Assembly (NCBI GenBank): GCA_031372065.1 | Contig: JANMKN010000261.1 | Coordinates: 1-32,170, forward strand | Source: Abditibacteriaceae bacterium | GTDB lineage: Bacteria; Armatimonadota; Abditibacteriia; Abditibacteriales; Abditibacteriaceae | Direction: 5' to 3' | Length of the DNA: 32,170 bases | Made by a program: the position numbers and the translations under genes | In this document: positions 20,601 through 28,400 of the stretch, one piece after another | How positions within the stretch are numbered: position 1 is the stretch's first letter | How the letters are laid out: the number at the start of each line of letters is the position of its first letter | The notes under the pieces: generated by a model | Seen by the model: the letters and a program-made list of their open reading frames with translations, nothing else | The model's database searches: none | What the model was told of the DNA's origin: nothing

Positions 20601-21824
20601 ATGAAACACCTCACCCTCTCCGCCGCCAGAGCCACCCTCGCTCTGGGCCTTTGCAGCATCGCTTTGCTTGCCAGCGAGAGTCAAAGCCAGCCATTGGCGA
20701 ATTCCAACGGCACCACCGGCGCAAATTCACAGGTCATTGGCACGGTTGCGGCAGGAGCAAAGGCAGCCAAAACGACCAAATTGCAACTGGAGTTGGTGAA
20801 GACCGAACCTGTCCCGGTCATCGGGGCTAATCATCCCGACGTCAAGGACATACCAGCCGGGTTTGAGGCGGGCACCACCGTAAAAGCCACGATTGAAGGC
20901 AAGACTGCCTACCACATGGTCTCCACGACCATGGAAACCTTCGGCGGCACGCGCTGGGCGGATATGCGAGCAGAACACTGGATATCCGAAGACGGAACCA
21001 CATGGAAAAGGCACAAGGTTCTGTTCCGTCCGGGCAAGAATCCAGAGACGGGAATGTGGGAGTTGACCGGCAGTCCGTTCTTCTTTTTCGATGAAAAGGC
21101 GGATCGCTGGTTCGTCTATTTCAATTTCATGGCCTATGAGCGCCGCCGCTCTTGGGACACCCCGACGCTGCTGCGCCGGGCAGGCGCCAAAACCAAAGGA
21201 CTGGCGGGAATCAACGGCGAGTTCGACTACCCCGGCGAAATCGTCGCGCCCAGTGGGCTGGCCCATCCCACCGATGCCGCAGCATCCAGCATCAGCCCGC
21301 CGTTCCAGGCCGCCGACGGGAAATGGTATGCGTTTTTAGGCGGCGGGCCTAAGCCCTTCAATGACAAATCGGGACGTTGGTGGGTATTAATCGTCAAGGC
21401 AAAAGGCCCGGAAGGGCCGTTCATCTATATGCCGGAGCACGCTCCTGAGCCGTTCATGGAGCCGACGGGTTTCGTGGAAAATCCACTGATTACCAAAATC
21501 AAAGGGCCAGTTACCGGCAAAGAATATTGGACGATAATCTTCGATTTCCTGCAACCTGAAGTGACAACCGGCAAAAACTCCCAGCTTGGCTTTAGCTTTT
21601 CACCGGACGGTTTGACGTGGCCTGTCGGAAACGCACATCTCATAGACATGGATAAAGGGCTGCCAGCCGGAACCACCCCGTGGTGGCGCTGCATCCGAGT
21701 TCCGCATCAACTCGCCGACGAGGGGAATGGTTTATATACCTGCTTTTTCTCCGCGTATGACAAACAAGGCGAATTTCAAAGCATCGGCAAAGCCACCTTC
21801 CGGGTGAAAGAGATCGTTGAATGA
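20601..21824 (+). CDS. Secreted putative five-bladed beta-propeller glycoside hydrolase-like protein (GH43/32/68-like fold)
   Basis: Signal peptide from ATG 20601; GFEAG, HWISEDGTTW, DRWFVYF, DGKWYAF, GPEGPF, FVENP, FSPDGLTW. Confidence 0.6.
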   Translation: MKHLTLSAARATLALGLCSIALLASESQSQPLANSNGTTGANSQVIGTVAAGAKAAKTTKLQLELVKTEPVPVIGANHPDVKDIPAGFEAGTTVKATIEGKTAYHMVSTTMETFGGTRWADMRAEHWISEDGTTWKRHKVLFRPGKNPETGMWELTGSPFFFFDEKADRWFVYFNFMAYERRRSWDTPTLLRRAGAKTKGLAGINGEFDYPGEIVAPSGLAHPTDAAASSISPPFQAADGKWYAFLGGGPKPFNDKSGRWWVLIVKAKGPEGPFIYMPEHAPEPFMEPTGFVENPLITKIKGPVTGKEYWTIIFDFLQPEVTTGKNSQLGFSFSPDGLTWPVGNAHLIDMDKGLPAGTTPWWRCIRVPHQLADEGNGLYTCFFSAYDKQGEFQSIGKATFRVKEIVE

Positions 21825-21903
21825 CCCGGAAGTGGTGCGCTGAATCGTGTGCAATAGGCCGATTGAAATCGTCGGCAAAAACAGGAATACCACTATATTT
21901 GAA

Positions 21904-22200
21904 ATGAAACACTTCACACAACGAGCCGCCGGAGCCACCATCACTCTGGCCTTTTGCAGCCTCGCCCTGCTTGCCAGCGAGGCCCACAGCCAGCCGCCAG
22001 CGACGCACGATGTTGTGGTTTACCACGATTCGTCCGGCGCGGTCATCGCCGCGCGCACCGACTGGAAAGGCATTCGCGAACTGCGCCTTGGCCCCCAAGA
22101 AACGCTGCGCCTGCGCGAAGTAACCAAACCACTGGTCGCCGCGTGGCAAGGCACTGCGCCCGAATTTCGTAACCTGCACTGGATCGAGAAAATCGACTGA
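21904..22200 (+). pseudogene. 98-aa chimeric ORF: duplicated leader, start of an FAD-oxidoreductase-like fold, and an unrelated C-terminus
   Basis: Leader paralogous to that at 20601; HDVVVYHDSSGAVIAA resembles a Rossmann first strand/helix; then DWKGIRELRLG...WQGTAPEFRNLHW-stop. Confidence 0.5.
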
Positions 22201-22235
22201 TGGCGAGTTAAAACAACCTGTTTTCAAGGAAAAAG

Positions 22236-24086
22236 ATGCTCACTTCACGCCCCGCAGCCACGCTGCAACTCAGTGCTGCCGCGCTGGCGGTATTCACTGT
22301 TTTGGCGCAAGCCGCGCCCACTAAACCCATGACCAAACCCGAAGCCAAAGCCGAAGCTAAACTCGAAATGAACGAAATGTGGGGCGATACCGCCGCGCAG
22401 CCGCTGACCGAAGGCGCCAAAGCCGAATGGTTCAAAGGCTCGAAATACGCGCTTTTCATCCATTGGAGCCTGTTTTCCAACCACGCCAACCGCTGGGACG
22501 GCAAGACGCTCTATGGAATCGGCGAATGGCTGACGCGGCAGATGAAAGTGCCGGTGAAAGATTACGAAGCGACCGCCAAAGACTTCAATCCGGCCAAGTT
22601 CGACGCCAAAGCGTGGGTGCGCTTCGCCAAAGCGGCGGGCTTTCGCTACATCGTCATCACGGCCAAGCATCACGAAGGCTTTGCCATGTTCAAGTCGGCG
22701 CATCCGTTTAACATCGTGGACGCCACGCCGTTCAAGCGCGACCCGATGAAGGAACTCGCCGAAGCCTGCCGCGCCGAAGGTTTGCAACTGGGCTTTTATT
22801 ATTCGCAGTTTCAGGACTGGCACGAAATCAACGATTGGGACAAAGACCTGCCCAAAGTCTCGTTTGAAGAAATGTTCCAGAAGAAAATCCTGCCGCAGGT
22901 GGATGAGCTTTGCACCAACTACGGGCCGCTGGCGATGATCTGGTTCGACACGCCGGGCAGCATGACGCGCGAGCAGTCGCAGGCACTGGTCGACCTGATT
23001 CGCAAGCGCCAGCCGCAGGCGCTCATCAACAGTCGCATCGGCAACGGCGTCGGCGATTATTCGACTTACGGCGACCACGAAATCCCGCCGCGCAACGTCA
23101 GCGGCCTGTGGGAAGCGGTGGACACCACCAACGATTCGTGGGGCTTCGCGTGGTATGACGAAAATTGGAAAGACACTGGCGAAGTGCTGCGCCGCCTGAT
23201 TCGCGTCACGGCGCGCGGCGGCAATTATATGCTGAACATCGGCCCGCGCGGCGACGGCGCCATTCCCGAAACCTGCGCCAAGTTCCTCGAAGGCGTCGGG
23301 CCGTGGCTCAAGCGTTACGGGAAAGCGATTTACGGCGCCAAACCTTCGCCGTGGGAGCGCCAACTTCCGTGGGGCGATTGCACCGTGCAAAGCAGCACGC
23401 TGTATTTGCACGTTTTCGACTGGCAAGCGGGCGGCGAGCTTTATCTGCCGGGCCTCAAAAACAAAATTCTCAGCGCCACCTTAGGCGGTGCCAAGCCGCA
23501 GAAAATCGAGTTCACACAAGACAAAGACGGCTGGACACGCCTGCAACTGCCACTGCAACGCGCGGGCGAAATCGTGCCGCTCATCGCCGTGACGTTAGAC
23601 GGTGCGCCGCAAGTCGAAACCGCCGCTTATGGCATCGATCCGCAACGCACCACCGTTTTGCTGAGCGATTTCGCCACGCCAACCGGCGCGAAAGCGGGCA
23701 AAGATTCGTGGATGGAAAAGTTCGGCGAGTGGAAACACGTCACCAATATTGGCGACTGGAAAGATTTAAACAGCAGCGCGCAGTGGACGATCAATTTGCA
23801 CAAGCCGGGCCGCTACTTCGTGGACTACGAATACCACGCGCCCAAGCCCGACGCCGATTCGCCGTGGGATTTGGTCGCCGAAAAAGGCAGCACTTTGCGT
23901 TGTTACATCACCGAAACCACCGGCGAAAAACTGCGGCCTCGCTACGTTGTGGTGCGCCAAGGCATCATTACTTTCAATGCTGCCGGTTCACAAACGCTCA
24001 CGCTTAAACCCGCCGAAGCCGTCAAAGGCAGCGGCATCCATTTGCACGCGCTGCATCTCACGCCGGTGGAACCTTTCGATAAATAA
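22236..24086 (+). CDS. Secreted alpha-L-fucosidase (GH29) with C-terminal beta-sandwich/CBM-like domains
   Basis: LFIHWSL, FNPAKFDAKAW, TAKHHEGFAMF, IWFD (nucleophile), NSRIG, SWGF, GGNYMLNIGPRGDG. Confidence 0.95.
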   Translation: MLTSRPAATLQLSAAALAVFTVLAQAAPTKPMTKPEAKAEAKLEMNEMWGDTAAQPLTEGAKAEWFKGSKYALFIHWSLFSNHANRWDGKTLYGIGEWLTRQMKVPVKDYEATAKDFNPAKFDAKAWVRFAKAAGFRYIVITAKHHEGFAMFKSAHPFNIVDATPFKRDPMKELAEACRAEGLQLGFYYSQFQDWHEINDWDKDLPKVSFEEMFQKKILPQVDELCTNYGPLAMIWFDTPGSMTREQSQALVDLIRKRQPQALINSRIGNGVGDYSTYGDHEIPPRNVSGLWEAVDTTNDSWGFAWYDENWKDTGEVLRRLIRVTARGGNYMLNIGPRGDGAIPETCAKFLEGVGPWLKRYGKAIYGAKPSPWERQLPWGDCTVQSSTLYLHVFDWQAGGELYLPGLKNKILSATLGGAKPQKIEFTQDKDGWTRLQLPLQRAGEIVPLIAVTLDGAPQVETAAYGIDPQRTTVLLSDFATPTGAKAGKDSWMEKFGEWKHVTNIGDWKDLNSSAQWTINLHKPGRYFVDYEYHAPKPDADSPWDLVAEKGSTLRCYITETTGEKLRPRYVVVRQGIITFNAAGSQTLTLKPAEAVKGSGIHLHALHLTPVEPFDK

Positions 24087-24194
24087 CGGGAAGACCGGGA
24101 AGGCGGCAAGACGGTGATTATCGGAGAATTCCGTGACTCTTTGGGGCAGCACTCCTTTTACCTTCCAGTCTCTCCGCCTTCCCATCCTTACCGT
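24086..24194. repeat. Long imperfect inverted repeat with purine-rich and pyrimidine-rich arms
   Basis: GGGAAGGCGG (24097-24106) pairs with CCGCCTTCCC (24174-24183); flanking ACGGgAAG/CTTaCCGT and AGAC/GTCT also pair. Confidence 0.6.
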
Positions 24195-24366
24195 AAAACA
24201 TTCGATATGAAAGCTCTTTTCCTCAAATCCACGGCGGTGGGTAATATGCCGATTACAAGGCGCCGCTCACCAACGCGCGGCGCCGACGGAGAGCCCGACG
24301 ACAGCCGCATACAGGCCCTGCGCGGAATTTTGCGGTAATACTGCACGCCGGAATGGAAAGCAAATT

Positions 24367-25578
24367 ATGACCCTTAAAAATGCGAATCTTTTGGCCGCCG
24401 GTGCGGTGGCCGCTTTGGCTTCCGCCGCGCACGCCGCCGCCGACACGGCGCAGCCGATACAGGTCGCCAGTTACTATTTCGGGAATTATCACCCCGGCGA
24501 CGCGCGCAATCAGAAGCAAAAGGGCCAGAGTTGGGCCGAGTGGGAGTTGGTGCGCGCGGCCAAACCGCGATTTCCCGGTCATCATCAGCCGAACGTGCCG
24601 CTGTGGGGCGAAACCGACGAAAGCGACCCCAAAGCGATGGCCCAGAAAATTGACGCGGCTGCCGATCACGGCATCAACGCCTTCATTTTCGACTGGTATT
24701 ACTACGACGACGGCCCGTTCCTCGAACGCCCGATTGACGAAGGCTTTCTCAAAGCGAAGAATAATTCGCGTCTGAAATTCGCGTTCATGTGGGCCAACCA
24801 CGACTGGACGGATATTCATCCGTATCGGCGCGGCGCTGAGGCCAAACTGCTTTATCCCGGCAAAGTGACGCCCGAAACCTTCGATAAAATCGCCGACCAC
24901 GTCATCAAAGACTACTTCGTGCATCCATCCTACTGGAAAATCGAAGGCAAGCCGTATTTTTCGTTTTACGACCTGACCAAACTGCTCGAAAGCTTCGGTT
25001 CGGTGCCGGCCACACGCGCCGCGCTGGATAAATTCCGCGCCAAGGCCAAAGCGGCGGGTTTGCCCGGTTTGCACTTGAACGCCGTGGTGTGGGGCCAGAC
25101 GATTTTGCCCGGCGAAAAGACCATCGCCGACCCCGCGAAATTGGTGGCCGACCTCGGCTTCGATTCGGTGACGAGTTATGTGTGGATTCACCACATCGCG
25201 TTGCCGAAACAGCAAACCGACTACAACGAAGTGCGCGATGGCTACCTGAAATACTGGGACGGCGCCGAAAAAACCTTCGCGGTGCCCTATTTTCCCAACG
25301 TGACGATGGGTTGGGATTCCAGCCCGCGCGCCGCGCAAGATCAGGAGTTTGGCAACTTCGGCTATCCGTTTATGAACACCATCATCGGCAACACGCCGGA
25401 GCGCTTCCGCGAGGCCCTGCAAATCACCAAGGAGCGCCTGCAAAAACGCGAAGCCGGCCCGCGCATTCTCAATATCAACTGTTGGAACGAATGGACCGAA
25501 GGCAGCTATTTGGAGCCGGACACGGTGAACGGCTACAAATATCTCGAAGCCATTCGCGACGTTTTCAAAACGCGCTGA
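24367..25578 (+). CDS. Secreted GH99-like / WbsX-family glycoside hydrolase
   Basis: Signal peptide; VASYYFGNYH, EWELVRAAKPRFPGHHQP, FIFDWYYY, WANHDW, GWDSSPR, NCWNEWTEGSYLEPD. Confidence 0.88.
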   Translation: MTLKNANLLAAGAVAALASAAHAAADTAQPIQVASYYFGNYHPGDARNQKQKGQSWAEWELVRAAKPRFPGHHQPNVPLWGETDESDPKAMAQKIDAAADHGINAFIFDWYYYDDGPFLERPIDEGFLKAKNNSRLKFAFMWANHDWTDIHPYRRGAEAKLLYPGKVTPETFDKIADHVIKDYFVHPSYWKIEGKPYFSFYDLTKLLESFGSVPATRAALDKFRAKAKAAGLPGLHLNAVVWGQTILPGEKTIADPAKLVADLGFDSVTSYVWIHHIALPKQQTDYNEVRDGYLKYWDGAEKTFAVPYFPNVTMGWDSSPRAAQDQEFGNFGYPFMNTIIGNTPERFREALQITKERLQKREAGPRILNINCWNEWTEGSYLEPDTVNGYKYLEAIRDVFKTR

Positions 25579-25755
25579 TTTAGCCCCCATCGTTTAACTT
25601 CTCAGCGTCCCGGCGCAAACTTTCCAGCATCGCGGCACCAGCAGACGGCAAGCCAGACAAGGCGCGGGCCGCAGAAGCGAGGCGGCTTTAAGACGTGATT
25701 TTAAAGCGCTTTTTCAAACCGAAACCGGAGTGACCGGAACGAGGAGACACGGAAT

Positions 25756-28347
25756 TCAGCCTACGGGCAGCGTTACAAATTCTTCCCACCGCGAACTTTC
25801 AGCAGCACAATGCAGGGACGAAAACGCCTCTGTTCCCAACTTTGTTTGCAGACTTTCCAACGCGTCTTGAGCGGCACCCGCAAAGGCGGAGCGCAAGTCG
25901 CGAAAAATGCGTTGTGTATGCACAAACAACGTAACGGCGCTTTGAAAATTGCCTTCAATTTCCGCAATTTCGGCCAGATTATAAAGCATCAACGCAATGC
26001 CCAAACGGTCATTCAATTGGCGGCGCAGGGCAAGACTATTCCCATAAAAACGACGGGCTGTGAGGTAATCTTTAAGATTAAAAGCGATGACGCCTAACTC
26101 GGCCAATGTTTCCGCTTCACCAAGCGCATATCCACTGGCCCGGCGTTGCGTGAGAGCCTCTTCAAACAAGCGTTGGGCTTCGCTCATATCGCCTCGCTGT
26201 GTGGCGACGCGGCCCAGATTATGCAGGGCTACGGCACGGCTATGATGATCCTCTGGGGCGCGCAAAGCAAGTGATTTTTGAAACAAATTCTGCGCGACAT
26301 CGAAACGCTCTGCCTCAGTTGCCAACAAGCCCAGCAGATTCAAACCGTCCGCTTGTCCGTTCGTATCATTGAGGCCCCGATAAATGGCAAGCGACGCTTT
26401 GACCTTGGCATCGGCAGATGCCGTGTCGCCCATATCATATTCAAGACCGGCATAATGAAGTAGCAGTTTTGCGCGCACGGCTTGCAATAACAGGTCTTCT
26501 TCGCGCGCTTCCTCAAGGCCACGTTGCAGATATTCCAACGCTTCCGTCCAAAATCCTTGGCGATAAAGAGCATAATGTAAGGCCAAAGCAAGACGCGCGC
26601 AAAGTTCTTTTTCGCCAGCCGAATGCGTCCATTTGATGGCAGCGCGCAGGTTATCCAACTCGCGGCCTAATTCGCGCAAAGCCTCCGGCTCACTTCGTGT
26701 ATGCAGACGTTGAATCTGTTCTTCGGCAAAACGCAAAAAATAATCTGTGTGCCGCCGAAAAAACGCGGAAGCATTGGGCTGCTCGGCCAATTTCTCCTGC
26801 GCATAGTTGTGAACCGACGCCAACATCATAAAGCGCGTTTGTTGAGTATCGCTGTGCGTTTCGGTCCAAAGCAGTGAATGGCGGCGCAATTCGGTGATGC
26901 TCTCGAACACATCAAAAGCATCGCAAACCTCTTCGGCTGCGCTTGTGGTAAAACCGCCGGAAAACACCGATAACTGGGCCAATAATGCTTGATCTTCGGG
27001 CGTTAGTAAGTCGTGCGACCAGTCAATGGCGCTGCGCAAGGCACGTTGGCGCGGCGGCAATTCGGGTGCGCGAGTTTGCAAGATGCGTAACTGTTCATCC
27101 AAGCGGCTGACGATTTCACGCGGCGACATACCTGCAATGCGCGAAGCCGCCAATTCAATAGCCAATGGCACACCTTCCAGACGGCGGCACAATTCTGCCA
27201 CATCAGCTTTGTTGCCATCGGTCAACTCAAAGCTCGCCACACGCTCACGCGCCCGTTCGACAAATAACGATTCCGCATCCGAAAGAGGCAAAGGACGAAT
27301 TTCTTCGACGCGTTCGATGCGCAGTTCGAGAGCGCGGCGTGTCGTGACCAAACATTTCACGCGCGGCGCAATTTTCAAGAGTTCATCAATCGGTTTGGCC
27401 GCGTCGGAAATTTGCTCCAAGTTGTCCAGCACTAAGAGCAAGCAGCGGTCACGATGAAATTCCAAAAGCTGCTCGCGCACCGTGGGTTGCGGATGCAAAT
27501 GCAGGCGCAGTTCGCTGGCGATGCGCTGCATCATGCTGTTGGCATCGTGCGCTTCTTCGAGTTCGACCCACCACACGCCGTCGGAGAATTCATCAATGCA
27601 AAGCTCGGCGAGTTGCAACGCGAGGCGTGTTTTGCCAAAGCCGCCAAAGCCGGTGAGCGTGAGCAAACGCGTGGCGGGTTGCAGCAAAGCGGCGCGTAAA
27701 CGCTCTGTTTCGGTTTCGCGGCCAATGAAGGGATTCGGCGACAGCGGAAGGTTGTGCCGTTGCGCATCAAGCGTTTTCAGCGGCGGGAAATCGCGCCGCA
27801 AATCGGGATGCAGCATCTGCCAAAGATGCTCTTCGCCCACGCCTTTTAAACGATGATCGCCGAAATCCAGCCAGCTAATGCCGGGCGGCAAGTCGGCCAA
27901 AGCCAAAGTGCGCGTGGCCTCAGAAACGATGACCTGTCCGCCATGTCCGGCGGCGCCCACACGCGCCGCGCGATTGACCGTCGGGCCAAAATAGTCAACG
28001 GTGCCGTTGGGATGCGCGCTTAAAATCGTTTCGCCGGTGTGCATTCCTATGCGCACCCACAAAGCCTTCAAACCGGGCAAGATATTTTCCCAAGGGCAAG
28101 CGGCAATGGCCTTTTGCGCTTCTAAGGTAAAACACACGGCATCGGAAGCCTTGGCGAACACCAAGAAAAAAGCGTCGCCTTCGGTCTTGACTTCGACACC
28201 ATACCAATTGGCCGCCGCTGCCCGCAACAAGCGATTGTGTTCTTGCAAGACCGCCTGAAACTCAGCGCGATGCCGCTCCCACAAATCGGAGGAACCTTCA
28301 ATATCGGTAAAAACTAAAGTGATGACGCCGGTGGGAAAATCAGGCAT
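25756..28347 (-). CDS. Class III adenylate/guanylate cyclase - STAND (NB-ARC-like) ATPase - TPR protein
   Basis: AAGGGA upstream of ATG 28347; FTDIEGS, KTEGDAFF, RIGMHTG, DYFGPTVNRAARV, LKGV; Walker A GFGGFGKT, Walker B LLVLDNLE, GVPLAIELAA; C-terminal TPRs; no LuxR HTH. Confidence 0.93.
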   Translation of the reverse strand: MPDFPTGVITLVFTDIEGSSDLWERHRAEFQAVLQEHNRLLRAAAANWYGVEVKTEGDAFFLVFAKASDAVCFTLEAQKAIAACPWENILPGLKALWVRIGMHTGETILSAHPNGTVDYFGPTVNRAARVGAAGHGGQVIVSEATRTLALADLPPGISWLDFGDHRLKGVGEEHLWQMLHPDLRRDFPPLKTLDAQRHNLPLSPNPFIGRETETERLRAALLQPATRLLTLTGFGGFGKTRLALQLAELCIDEFSDGVWWVELEEAHDANSMMQRIASELRLHLHPQPTVREQLLEFHRDRCLLLVLDNLEQISDAAKPIDELLKIAPRVKCLVTTRRALELRIERVEEIRPLPLSDAESLFVERARERVASFELTDGNKADVAELCRRLEGVPLAIELAASRIAGMSPREIVSRLDEQLRILQTRAPELPPRQRALRSAIDWSHDLLTPEDQALLAQLSVFSGGFTTSAAEEVCDAFDVFESITELRRHSLLWTETHSDTQQTRFMMLASVHNYAQEKLAEQPNASAFFRRHTDYFLRFAEEQIQRLHTRSEPEALRELGRELDNLRAAIKWTHSAGEKELCARLALALHYALYRQGFWTEALEYLQRGLEEAREEDLLLQAVRAKLLLHYAGLEYDMGDTASADAKVKASLAIYRGLNDTNGQADGLNLLGLLATEAERFDVAQNLFQKSLALRAPEDHHSRAVALHNLGRVATQRGDMSEAQRLFEEALTQRRASGYALGEAETLAELGVIAFNLKDYLTARRFYGNSLALRRQLNDRLGIALMLYNLAEIAEIEGNFQSAVTLFVHTQRIFRDLRSAFAGAAQDALESLQTKLGTEAFSSLHCAAESSRWEEFVTLPVG

Positions 28348-28400
28348 GAACAATCCCTTTCACAAAGCTGCCGCTGAGTTTAAGCACGGTGATCGAAGAT

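Noticed and set aside
24207..24338. 43-aa ORF MKALFLKSTAVG...
   Set aside because: No recognisable family; mentioned only as a possible fourth scar, not called as a feature.
25704..25713. AAAGCGCTTT palindrome between convergent genes
   Set aside because: 10 bp with no loop; expected by chance and not a convincing terminator.
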